32,000 nt of DNA from Parasynechococcus marenigrum WH 8102 (GCF_000195975.1 NC_005070.1:1890001-1922000); one strand, 5' to 3'; shown: positions 16,879-26,378, counted from the first letter of the stretch. Numbers and translations are program-made. Notes: a model not told the origin generated them from the letters alone.

Positions 16879-17493
16879 ATGAGAAATTATTCAGCGATTG
16901 CAGACTTTGCCAAGACTCTTGCAGGCACGTTCGATAACATTAATCAAGCACAAGAAAATCCCAAGGATTTCGCACGAATCAAAATTTTTTTTCGGCCATT
17001 ACCATGGCGCATCTTTAGAGGACCAGGTTTTTATTCTGAGCAATGCTATGACTATGCGCCGTGGGATCCCTACCGGCAAGGGATACATCGCCTAGTACTA
17101 GATCAGAACTTGTTTGTAATGGAGAATTTTGCCTTTGATAATCCTCGCCGACTTGCTGGCGCTGGACGTAATCCCGAACTTTTGGACGATCTGCATTCAG
17201 AATCATTGAAGAGGCGCTGCGGCTGTGCCATGCATTTCCGATCCATATCTCCTGGACACTACGTTGGCAATGTTGAACCCGGGAAAAGTTGTCTAATTCC
17301 AAGGGACGGAAAATTGACTTATCTTGTCAGTGAAGTTGAAGTCAATCAAACCTCCTGGATTAGTCGGGATCGTGGATTTGACCCAGAGAACAATGCGCAA
17401 GTCTGGGGATCAGAGCATGGCATGCTGCGATTCAAGAAAATCACAAGTTTTTCAAACGAAATCACTAACGAGTGGCTCGAACTTAAAACCTGA
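16879..17493 (+). CDS. cpeT: T-type phycobilin lyase CpeT
   Basis: CpcT/CpeT-family features (LAGTFDNINQAQENPKDFARIKIFFRPLPW...YSEQCYDYAPWDPYRQG). It lies 8 nt after cpeS. Confidence 0.82.
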   Translation: MRNYSAIADFAKTLAGTFDNINQAQENPKDFARIKIFFRPLPWRIFRGPGFYSEQCYDYAPWDPYRQGIHRLVLDQNLFVMENFAFDNPRRLAGAGRNPELLDDLHSESLKRRCGCAMHFRSISPGHYVGNVEPGKSCLIPRDGKLTYLVSEVEVNQTSWISRDRGFDPENNAQVWGSEHGMLRFKKITSFSNEITNEWLELKT

Positions 17494-17496
17494 ACA

Positions 17497-17802
17497 ATGG
17501 TTGATTATGATAAACAAATGAAAACTTGGATACGTTCACAACATTTAATCTGTGTTGGAAGTGATTTTATTTTTGAAACTGTTGATCAAACTCAATTAGA
17601 CAAGTTCGAGACTTGCATTAGAGGCATGGGAGGGAGAATTAGAACTGTAAAAGCCGTTGGAAACTGGCCAATGGGGCCTAGACGATCATTCAAGATCCTG
17701 CAAGCAACTGCAAGTGTTCCACGACCCGGCGGCGAGGCTTTAGTGACCTACTGGGCCAAAAAGGGAAGCAAAACAACAAGGTACTCTGAGATATCTTCTT
17801 GA
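17497..17802 (+). CDS. cpeR: Phycoerythrin operon regulator CpeR
   Basis: A ~100-aa protein starting 3 nt after cpeT, with a sequence typical of CpeR (WIRSQHLICVGSDFIFETVD...GGRIRTVKAVGNWPMGPRRSFKIL). Conserved cpeS-T-R order. Confidence 0.75.
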   Translation: MVDYDKQMKTWIRSQHLICVGSDFIFETVDQTQLDKFETCIRGMGGRIRTVKAVGNWPMGPRRSFKILQATASVPRPGGEALVTYWAKKGSKTTRYSEISS

Positions 17803-17812
17803 CAATTGAGGC

Positions 17813-18046
17813 TCATTCATCAAACCATCCCATCCAGGTATCCTGAGTAAAGTCAGTGTGCTTGCTCCACCTTCTTAATATAGTCGAGGAATCGAATTCA
17901 TATCCCTTAGATGCAGCGATTGCGATCACATCATCTTGATTGAGAGCTGCCTTGATTTCAGCTTTGAGATCAGGATCCTGACGAACCATTGTAATGAATG
18001 ATTCCAAAGATAAATCTTGCTTTACGTTAGAGGAGGAATCCGTCAT
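17813..18046 (-). CDS. Nif11-domain small protein (77 aa)
   Basis: LESFITMVRQDPDLKAEIKAALNQDDVIAIAASKGYEF matches the Nif11 N-terminal domain pattern. It is convergent with cpeR across a 10-nt gap. Confidence 0.65.
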   Translation of the reverse strand: MTDSSSNVKQDLSLESFITMVRQDPDLKAEIKAALNQDDVIAIAASKGYEFDSSTILRRWSKHTDFTQDTWMGWFDE

Positions 18047-18083
18047 ACCAGAGACTGCTCAACAGAGGTAATCTCATTGTAGA

Positions 18084-18365
18084 TCAAACTCCATCCATCA
18101 GCATGGCACGCCATAAGGCAACCTTCCGAAATGCCCAGGACCAATGCTCAACAGGTACGACAAGAATCTTTGCCAATTCTGAATCACTCAAAGTCTTACG
18201 ATCCAAAGCAAGATATAGCTGCCATTCACTTGATGAAAAAATAAATCCCTTGGAAGCTGCATAATCAACAATATCCTGGTCAGTCTTACAAGCCTTCAAA
18301 CCAGTGGCGATTGAATGGTCATACACAACCGCCTGGATAAATTCGTTAATCGGAGGAGAATTCAT
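18084..18365 (-). CDS. Nif11-domain small protein (~93 aa)
   Basis: INEFIQAVVYDHSIATGLKACKTDQDIVDYAASKGFIF matches the Nif11 pattern. The ORF track opens at TTG18374. ATG18365 lies 2 nt after the upstream gene's TGA and is preferred. Confidence 0.6.
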   Translation of the reverse strand: MNSPPINEFIQAVVYDHSIATGLKACKTDQDIVDYAASKGFIFSSSEWQLYLALDRKTLSDSELAKILVVPVEHWSWAFRKVALWRAMLMDGV

Positions 18366-18367
18366 TC

Positions 18368-18736
18368 TCAACAACTCTCAATCCACAAAGCAAAGTTGAC
18401 CCTTGTACAAATCATTTGAAGCACCAATGGCCCCCCAGGACAACGCAAAAGACGCCATGGAATATTCTTGTCTAGGACACCAGAATCAACGGTGATCTTT
18501 GGTGGACTTGTTGCCTGTTCGAAGGGTATCAATGCAGCACCAGTTAATGCTGGTTCAATTGAATCGACGATTGTTTTCAGCTGATCGAGAGTTGTGATCT
18601 CGTTTAACTCGGATTGGACATCCTCCCGTGCTTGAACGGCAGCGACGAATTCAGAGAGCGCTTGCTCACGCTCAGGGGACACAGGCATCGTGTTGCGACG
18701 AACCGATCGAATAGTACCAAAAACAAGTCCTTTCAT
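18368..18736 (-). CDS. Nif11-like small protein with Cys-containing hydrophobic tail (106-122 aa)
   Basis: LSEFVAAVQAREDVQSELNEITTLDQLKTIV resembles the first half of a Nif11 domain. There are two candidate ATG starts (18736 and 18688). The C-terminus reads ...RCPGGPLVLQMICTRVNFALWIESC. Confidence 0.5.
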   Translation of the reverse strand: MKGLVFGTIRSVRRNTMPVSPEREQALSEFVAAVQAREDVQSELNEITTLDQLKTIVDSIEPALTGAALIPFEQATSPPKITVDSGVLDKNIPWRLLRCPGGPLVLQMICTRVNFALWIESC

Positions 18737-18927
18737 TTTATTACAGCAACAGCAACCTGAGCCGTCGGAACATGGATATGGAGTAAATTTTTAAAAATTT
18801 TTGAATTTTACAAGTGAATATTTCCATACGCATAAACAAATAATCTTGACGCATACGTTCTAAAATTATTCAGGAAATCGAAGACTGCCTTCATCAGTCT
18901 CATCAATTCATCCGACCAAATAAAATT

Positions 18928-20124
18928 ATGGCAGAGCGTTTCGACAACTTGGTTGAAGGATTAACAGAAGATCGTGCCATGTCTGTGATTCTGGCCGACC
19001 CAGAGACATTGGATCGACCTGTCGACAAATATATGGCTGCGACGAGGTTGGGAGCTAGCGACACTGAGGAATCCCTTGATGTTCTCATTAAGGCAGCAGA
19101 ATTAAGTCCGGAACATCTGTTTGACCGAATCACACGACGAAAAGCCATTGACGCTCTAGGCCGCAGAAAAAGCACTAGGGCATTACCTACTCTGTTTCGC
19201 TCACTGTCTTGCACAGATGAGGCTGCAGTCATTAACGCTGTTGACGCCATCACAAAAATTGGTGCACCACTAACAGAAAGCAATCAGAGAAGCTTGATCA
19301 AGGCACTCGATGGGGAAGATATCCAAAAGCGAGCAGTCATCCAGGCCTTTTGCAGGCTGGAAATCAATAAGGCAGAAGAGACAATACGCCCACTCGCGAA
19401 CGATCAGAATCCGCTCGTCTGCGGTGCAGCTAAAGCATATTTAGCAAGAGTGCACAAAGAGACCTCCGGTCTAGATGATCTGGTTCCCCAGCTGATCGAT
19501 CCCATCGCTGGTCGACGCCGATCCGCCGTCATTGACCTTGGCGATGCTGGTGATGTCACAAGATTGGAGGCACTGGTTACGGCACCTGTGTCCATGTCAT
19601 TACGGGCAAGAAGCGCTTTCCAGCTCGTCGATCCCAACAAAACATGTCACGTTCCTGATGAATATTCAGAATTAATATCGCAACTTTTGCAAGACAACCC
19701 ACAACATTTAAAGCTCAGACAAGAGTGGGTCTGCCCTGTTGACGCAATTGAAATCGAAAACAATCTTCAACACCGAGACGAAGCACGTCAATACGGTGGG
19801 GCTTTGAGCCTAATGAATATGGACAAACGAAGCAGAATGGAATTAATTAATGAAATTAAACAAAAATTATGGAGCGACTATGTTACTCACTATTACTTAA
19901 CATCAGTCATCAGCCTTCAAGGCTTGTCCGAAAGGAGTGACTTGATCTGCCTAGCTCTGGCCGAAACGATCCCTCAGTACACAAAATCGAGGATTGCAGC
20001 AGCCTGGGGTTGCCTGAGATTGAGACTGACTGATCAGAAGCCCCTCCTCGAGGAGCTTTCAGTCTCAGCTAACTGGCTACCACTGAAGTGGACCTGCAGG
20101 CAGGTACTTAAACAGTTGTCATGA
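18928..20124 (+). CDS. mpeY: E/F-type (HEAT-repeat) phycobilin lyase of the MpeY/MpeQ family
   Basis: 398-aa protein with repeated HEAT-like units ([17 protein letters not shown]..., [16 protein letters not shown]...). It sits directly upstream of mpeBA, the remembered position of mpeY/mpeQ. Lyase versus lyase-isomerase cannot be told from sequence by eye. Confidence 0.65.
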   Translation: MAERFDNLVEGLTEDRAMSVILADPETLDRPVDKYMAATRLGASDTEESLDVLIKAAELSPEHLFDRITRRKAIDALGRRKSTRALPTLFRSLSCTDEAAVINAVDAITKIGAPLTESNQRSLIKALDGEDIQKRAVIQAFCRLEINKAEETIRPLANDQNPLVCGAAKAYLARVHKETSGLDDLVPQLIDPIAGRRRSAVIDLGDAGDVTRLEALVTAPVSMSLRARSAFQLVDPNKTCHVPDEYSELISQLLQDNPQHLKLRQEWVCPVDAIEIENNLQHRDEARQYGGALSLMNMDKRSRMELINEIKQKLWSDYVTHYYLTSVISLQGLSERSDLICLALAETIPQYTKSRIAAAWGCLRLRLTDQKPLLEELSVSANWLPLKWTCRQVLKQLS

Positions 20125-20256
20125 TTAGTGTCTGTCTCAGTAACAACCAGGCCAAATGATGTCGTGGTGTTACCGATTTTTCTTTTGTCAACTTGTGTGT
20201 CCTGACACGCTTGTCTGGGAGTTAGGCAAGAAAAGCAGGGTTACTGTCCATCTTGA

Positions 20257-20832
<576 letters not shown>

Positions 20833-20860
20833 GCCAGAGATTGAATTTCTGCACATCTGA

Positions 20861-21376
<516 letters not shown>

Positions 21377-21419
21377 TTATCAGTCCTTAACGGATTGGTA
21401 TTTACGACTAGTCGTCTCA

Positions 21420-21451
21420 GGGGGTGAGCAAATAGCTCACCCCCTTTTTTT
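21420..21451 (+). terminator. Rho-independent terminator after mpeBA
   Basis: GGGGGTGAGC (21420-21429) / GCTCACCCCC (21435-21444) with a 5-nt loop, then T7 (21445-21451). Confidence 0.85.
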
Positions 21452-21611
21452 AGCAGTATGCGAGAAAACTTCCTGCGAAGGAAAGAAACTCAACGACTCG
21501 ATAGCGACATTAGATCGATCGGCGCCAACCCCCCAAAAGACAATCAGCCAGCCAAAGTTAAACCTATCGCAATTATTGTCGATGATTGCTCGAGTGGTTG
21601 AATGCAGAAAC

Positions 21612-21639
21612 TTGTAAAACCTGTTTCAAACCTTATACC
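21612..21639 (+). promoter_or_regulatory. Candidate sigma70-type promoter for mpeC
   Basis: TTGTAA (21612-21617), a 16-nt spacer, then TATACC (21634-21639), about 100 nt upstream of the mpeC ATG and downstream of the mpeBA terminator. This is a motif match only. Confidence 0.25.
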
Positions 21640-21740
21640 ACCAAGGATCCTCCCGCTGTTCTGTCAAGTACCGCCTCAATTCGAGAGCGATCAGAATACT
21701 TGAAGGTCTCGACATCATCAATCACCTCCAAATCCTCATC

Positions 21741-22622
21741 ATGCTCACCACACAAACTACTCCTGCAGGTATGTCTGCAGCAAATCGAACCAAATCCGCT
21801 TCGTATTCCACCTCCAGCAAAGCTGGAATGAATACTGTTGCCCGAACGGTGGCAGGTTCGATTGCAGAGTTTAAGCGGAACACTTGCTCATCTATGGGTC
21901 TCGGAATCGGCCCTCGACTCCACAGTGAGTGTCCATTCGGTTCGGTCTTTGATGAGTATCACCCCAATGATAGTGCGGCGTTGGAGCGCACAATCCGCGA
22001 TAGCTATCGCCAGGTTTACGGGAACCTACCTCCAACGGAAAATGAGCGTTGCACCTCACTGGAAGCACGCCTCATGAATGGAGAAATAACGGTACGTGAC
22101 TTCGTCAATGGTCTGGCCAAATCTCCTTTTTACAAAAAAAATTACTTCCACTCAGTCGCGCCCCAGCGAGGGATCGAACTGAACTTCAAACACCTCTTAG
22201 GGCGAGCTCCACTTAATCAGGCAGAAATTCAGGCCAGCATTAAGCTGCAGGCCGAACATGGATTTGATGCTCTCATCGATAGCCTGACGGATGGGGCAGA
22301 ATATGCCGAGGTCTTTGGTTCGGATATCGTCCCATACGTGCGGACTGCCGATTCTTATGCCGGAATGATGACGTCCTCCTTCAACATGATGAGGGAGCTT
22401 GCCAGCACCAAAGTAGCAGTTAGTGACAACGCTCAGGGATCCCGGAGCCGCACCGTTTCACCACTCGCCTTAGCAGCGAGCAGCGCGATTAAACCTGTGA
22501 CATTTAACTATGTTGCACTTACCAAGCCTGCTCCAAAGCTGCCTCAACAGCAGTACAGCGGTCATCAGCCTCCTAAGCAGACAGACTACGTCGCATTCCG
22601 CCCCTTCGGAATCCACTTCTGA
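21741..22622 (+). CDS. mpeC: PE-II-associated rod linker MpeC (PBS-linker domain, no CpcD tail)
   Basis: N-terminal motif TCSSMGLGIGPRLHSECPF plus the linker core SYRQVYGNLPPTENER...ITVRDFVNGLAKSPFYKKNYF...ELNFKHLLGRAP. It lies directly downstream of mpeBA. Confidence 0.85.
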   Translation: MLTTQTTPAGMSAANRTKSASYSTSSKAGMNTVARTVAGSIAEFKRNTCSSMGLGIGPRLHSECPFGSVFDEYHPNDSAALERTIRDSYRQVYGNLPPTENERCTSLEARLMNGEITVRDFVNGLAKSPFYKKNYFHSVAPQRGIELNFKHLLGRAPLNQAEIQASIKLQAEHGFDALIDSLTDGAEYAEVFGSDIVPYVRTADSYAGMMTSSFNMMRELASTKVAVSDNAQGSRSRTVSPLALAASSAIKPVTFNYVALTKPAPKLPQQQYSGHQPPKQTDYVAFRPFGIHF

Positions 22623-22675
22623 CCGACCCAAAATGGTCTAATGGTCAGAATTCAACACTCAAGTGTGTGATGACC

Positions 22676-22703
22676 AGCTCCCTTTCAAAAGGGAGCTTTT
22701 TTT
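22676..22703 (+). terminator. Rho-independent terminator after mpeC
   Basis: AGCTCCC (22676-22682) / GGGAGCT (22691-22697) around TTTCAAAA, followed by a T-run to 22703. Confidence 0.75.
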
Positions 22704-22787
22704 GTCCAAGAGCTCGTGGGCGAAAAAGCTTCAAGGAATCAACAGTACAACAACCGTAATCGATTAGATTGATATGAAGATTGTGCG

Positions 22788-23693
22788 ATGCCCACAGTGC
22801 TCCAGGATTTCTCTAATGTCTCGTCACTCAGCGACAGTCAGCTCACCGAAGAAGAAGCGCTTCAACTCGCCAACGAACTAAGTTTCAAATTAAGTGATGG
22901 TGAGAAACCAGGGTCTGATGCAGCGTCTCTCAAGAAAATGGTTGCTGGCCTTGGTGATGCTAGAGGAGCCCTACGACTAACCTTTGCAAAAAGCCTTGGC
23001 GCAGTAGGAGACGAGGCTCTACCCATTCTTTGTGAAGCTCTTCGCCAACACCAAAATGTAGTCATCAGAAGAGCATCAGCCAAAACACTTAATTTGATTG
23101 GAAGTAAGGAGGCTCTGCCTTATCTCCTCGAAGCTTTTTTAGAAGACAGTGATCCAGTTGTTCTCGGGTCATCTGCTGGAGCGATGGCAACGATTGGACC
23201 CGACGCCATGGACTCATTACTTGGGATCCTGAAAAATCCAGACTGCACACCATTTCAGGTGGGCTTGATTAATCTTGCGCTTAGTTTCATCGGCGCCAAT
23301 GCACCTGAGGCATTACTCGAGGCTGCAGAGTCAGACGTGACTGAAGTTCGCGTAGCTGCAATTTCAGCCCTAGGAGATCAAATACAAAAGAGTGACGATC
23401 ATCGTGCAAAAAACAGAGTGTTCAGAGCATTAGATGACTGCTCACCAGACGTTAGAGCAGAAGCTGTAACACTTATCGGAAAATCATGTGATGCCGAAGA
23501 TGTTGAACATATGCTGACAAGGAAACTGATCGACAAAGACACTCAGGTACGAAAAAACACGGCGATGGCACTGATGAAGCTTGAAGCATTTAACTCTGTA
23601 GAAAGCATAGAGAAGGCAAAGTCAACAGAAGATGACGAGTCAGTTCAAGCAGTATTTGATGTCGCCATCAACATACTAAGCAGAAATTTGTGA
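22788..23693 (+). CDS. mpeU: E/F-type HEAT-repeat phycobilin lyase, MpeU-like
   Basis: 301-aa protein built of HEAT-like repeats (LGDARGALRLTFAKSLGAVGDEALPIL, VIRRASAKTLNLIGSKEALPYL, VRVAAISALGD..., VRAEAVTLIGK..., VRKNTAMALMKL). Its position after mpeC matches remembered mpeU synteny. Confidence 0.6.
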   Translation: MPTVLQDFSNVSSLSDSQLTEEEALQLANELSFKLSDGEKPGSDAASLKKMVAGLGDARGALRLTFAKSLGAVGDEALPILCEALRQHQNVVIRRASAKTLNLIGSKEALPYLLEAFLEDSDPVVLGSSAGAMATIGPDAMDSLLGILKNPDCTPFQVGLINLALSFIGANAPEALLEAAESDVTEVRVAAISALGDQIQKSDDHRAKNRVFRALDDCSPDVRAEAVTLIGKSCDAEDVEHMLTRKLIDKDTQVRKNTAMALMKLEAFNSVESIEKAKSTEDDESVQAVFDVAINILSRNL

Positions 23694-23852
23694 GAAGTTA
23701 GGGTCAAAACAATGCACAGAAGGGCACTGAAGAAATTCAAGGATGCCTCAAATACCCCAAGTTCTCTCTTGTAAAGTTAGCAGCGCATTTTCAGTGATCC
23801 TGGTAAAAAGCGGATAGATGCTGATAAAATTTGAACATGTAGGTGATCTTTT

Positions 23853-24197
23853 ATGTCGCGCGCGGAATTCATACGCTTTCTTCAGGTCCTGGAAGAAGAT
23901 TTACCGTTCAGAGCTCTTTTTCAAGAAGCTGATCCCGAGGAAATCCTCAAGCTTGCCGATCAACATGGGTTTATCTTTTCGGATGAAATAAAAGGGCGTT
24001 TCCTGAATCGGTGGGCAGGTGTGTATTTCTGCCCATTCGCCAACGATGTGGGAAGGTTATGCCCAAAAATGGTACCCGAGGGATTCAGCACACTGCTGCA
24101 TTATTCACAAACAACATGTACCAAAGAGGACAAAGTTGAGCGTTTTGATTTTCGCGCTGGTGGCTATTACGAAGGAGTAAAAGCAGTGACTGGATAA
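23853..24197 (+). CDS. Nif11-like small protein (unk10-like, 114 aa)
   Basis: The N-terminus AEFIRFLQVLEEDLPFRALFQEADPEEILKLADQHGFIF fits the Nif11 pattern. The Cys-containing C-terminal half has no recognisable domain. Convergent with cpeZ across a 10-nt gap. Confidence 0.6.
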   Translation: MSRAEFIRFLQVLEEDLPFRALFQEADPEEILKLADQHGFIFSDEIKGRFLNRWAGVYFCPFANDVGRLCPKMVPEGFSTLLHYSQTTCTKEDKVERFDFRAGGYYEGVKAVTG

Positions 24198-24207
24198 AGA
24201 AAAGGTT

Positions 24208-24828
24208 TTAACTCCTTGAATTGAGTAGATTTTGAAGTCGCGCCAATGCAGACTGAGCTGCTTCCTGAATCAGCGGATCGTCATTATTATCTTGAAGTGC
24301 ATGCAAAGCGACCTCCGCCATGGGATGCGGGATATCAGCAAGAGCCTGAGATGCACTAAAGATCAAAGCCACATTTTCACTGCTGAGGGATTTTGCTAGT
24401 AGTTTAATTGCCTCTTCAGACTTGAACTGTTGCTTACCGATTTGACCAAGACACATCAGAGCTCCTTGTACGACTACCATATCTGTGTCATTAATCCCTT
24501 GTTCCAACATTTGCATGACTGAATCAGGAAACGGTTGATCAGGAAAATTCTTGAACAATTGAACGAATGCTTTCGGGCAACAACGCCTTGCAGTTTGATT
24601 CTCAGTTGTTGCATAAAGTTCGATCAAAGGATCGAATGCAGAACTCCCAAAAAAACCAATTCCCTTAACTGCTGCTCTGTATACTTTGGGATCTTGATGA
24701 CAGAATAGTTCCAATAACATGGGCAAGGCTTCTTCCTGATAGTGCTCCGAAAGAATTAAACTGGCTTCTTCTTGGATCCTAGGGTTGGGATGCCTGAGAT
24801 CCTCGAATAGGGAATCAATGGAAAGCAT
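24208..24828 (-). CDS. cpeZ: HEAT-repeat phycoerythrin lyase subunit/chaperone CpeZ
   Basis: From ATG24828: MLSIDSLFEDLRHPNPRIQEEASLILSEH..., about 206 aa of HEAT-like repeats, directly downstream of cpeY on the same strand. The ORF track extends 20 codons further upstream. Confidence 0.75.
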   Translation of the reverse strand: MLSIDSLFEDLRHPNPRIQEEASLILSEHYQEEALPMLLELFCHQDPKVYRAAVKGIGFFGSSAFDPLIELYATTENQTARRCCPKAFVQLFKNFPDQPFPDSVMQMLEQGINDTDMVVVQGALMCLGQIGKQQFKSEEAIKLLAKSLSSENVALIFSASQALADIPHPMAEVALHALQDNNDDPLIQEAAQSALARLQNLLNSRS

Positions 24829-24920
24829 AGACTGCTTATCGCTCACAGAAAGCCTGAACTGATAGTTTATTTTAGCACTGATGATCAACCGAAAACAGAC
24901 GCAGACGTCTCATACATGCA

Positions 24921-26246
24921 CTAAGTATATTGGAGAATCGACTGCGCTTTCCAACGAACAAAGTAATCTGGATCCGATTGAGACAAATTACTGACTACAT
25001 CAAGATTTTGAGACCGGATTTGACTCAACTCGGGAGATTGAAGGAGTAGAAGCGATGTATAACGGAAATCCCAAAATGGTTGCATTACGGTAGTCAAACC
25101 ATCTTTCAAGAAGTGGTCGCACTGCCCAGGAAATAAGATAGCAAAAGACAACAACGCAGCAGATGGAGATTTCCTGAATTGTGGACGTCTATCTCGAATA
25201 GCATCCGACAGGATGTCGTGAATAGACGCAAGGGCCTCGTGACTCCAATTCCTTATGAGACCAAATAGATGCATCATGAAATAGTGCGCTCCATAGTCGT
25301 TATGGGCTTTCTTATGCCAACTGGCCCAGACTTGGGTCCAGACTTCATCTGGATCGCGATCCAGCAGGGTTTGCATCGACAAATAGCAGCGACTGAAATC
25401 AGGATGAAACAGACCTTCGACAAGCAGCTGAGTCGGTAGGGGGTCTCCATAGTGATGAAGCACCGTGATCAGCCTGGGGTCATCGCGAAGGACCTGGTCA
25501 ACAGCCGAAAGAGCACTATTTTTCAACTGCTCACCTGACGATCGGTCGACAAGAGCACGAACAGCTCTCATTCGAAACGCTGGTGAAATGGGTGCCTGAA
25601 GCAAACTCGACATGAGTTCAATCCCACCAGCATCGATTACATCTTGAACTGCCGACTGACGATCCATCTGATTAGCTACGTACAAATGATCAGCCAAATC
25701 AGCGAGACGTGTCCTATCTCCTGACAAGTGAATTGTGGCCGCAATTGCAGCGCCGCGCACAGAAGACTTTTCATGGTCCATTAAGGGAGTAATCGTCGAA
25801 AGTGCTGCAAAAACTGAGAGTTTAGACAAACTTTGAATTAAAACCCGTTGATTCTGTGTGGAATCATGCAACAACCGAATCAAGCGCTGATGAACGGCTT
25901 GATCTTTACAGCCTATTTGTGCCAGTGCCCAGGCAGCATTTTCGACCATATAGATATCCGAACTATCAAGAAAACTGGCAATGTTCGCCTGAGCTTGCGT
26001 AACCCCCAGCCGGGCAAGAACTTCTACAGCTTTTCGTTGAGCAAGGAGGACAGCAGACTCAGTCGACACCCTGCCAAGAAAATTCAGCAACGCTTCATTT
26101 GCAAACTGACCAGGAAAATTGACCAAGTGCGAAACGGCCATATAGTAGTCACTGTCGCTCTCGAGATCTTGAAAATCTGTAGCCAAGATCTCGATGGCAC
26201 CAGCCTGGTCCAACTCAGGATGAATATTGTCAAACAAGCCCGACAT
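24921..26246 (-). CDS. cpeY: E/F-type phycoerythrobilin lyase CpeY
   Basis: 441-aa HEAT-repeat protein (AVEVLARLGV..., VRGAAIAATIHL..., MRAVRALVD...) in a cpeY-cpeZ pair. Size and order fit CpeY. Confidence 0.75.
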   Translation of the reverse strand: MSGLFDNIHPELDQAGAIEILATDFQDLESDSDYYMAVSHLVNFPGQFANEALLNFLGRVSTESAVLLAQRKAVEVLARLGVTQAQANIASFLDSSDIYMVENAAWALAQIGCKDQAVHQRLIRLLHDSTQNQRVLIQSLSKLSVFAALSTITPLMDHEKSSVRGAAIAATIHLSGDRTRLADLADHLYVANQMDRQSAVQDVIDAGGIELMSSLLQAPISPAFRMRAVRALVDRSSGEQLKNSALSAVDQVLRDDPRLITVLHHYGDPLPTQLLVEGLFHPDFSRCYLSMQTLLDRDPDEVWTQVWASWHKKAHNDYGAHYFMMHLFGLIRNWSHEALASIHDILSDAIRDRRPQFRKSPSAALLSFAILFPGQCDHFLKDGLTTVMQPFWDFRYTSLLLLQSPELSQIRSQNLDVVSNLSQSDPDYFVRWKAQSILQYT

Positions 26247-26378
26247 GAAGAAAGCCTAATATCAATTAAATTCTACACGCCTAATTATCTAGCGTTCTTA
26301 AACAACAATAAGAAAAGCATTGGGCTGCGTCTCAACATTTAGATTTAAAGTATTATTATATGGTCTGTAAAGAGGGAA

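Noticed and set aside
21404-21415. 12-nt perfect palindrome ACGACTAGTCGT just before the mpeBA terminator
   Set aside because: It is short and immediately adjacent to a much stronger canonical terminator. It is likely incidental or part of the same 3'-end structure.
21586-21831. 81-aa ORF upstream of and overlapping mpeC
   Set aside because: It has a non-ATG start, overlaps the mpeC N-terminus out of frame, and covers the probable mpeC promoter. The sequence is Ser/Thr-rich and featureless.
22774-22881. 35-aa ORF (MKIVRCPQCSRISLMS...) overlapping the mpeU-like start in another frame
   Set aside because: It is very short and almost wholly inside the lyase gene. The single CPQC is not enough to call a zinc-finger peptide.
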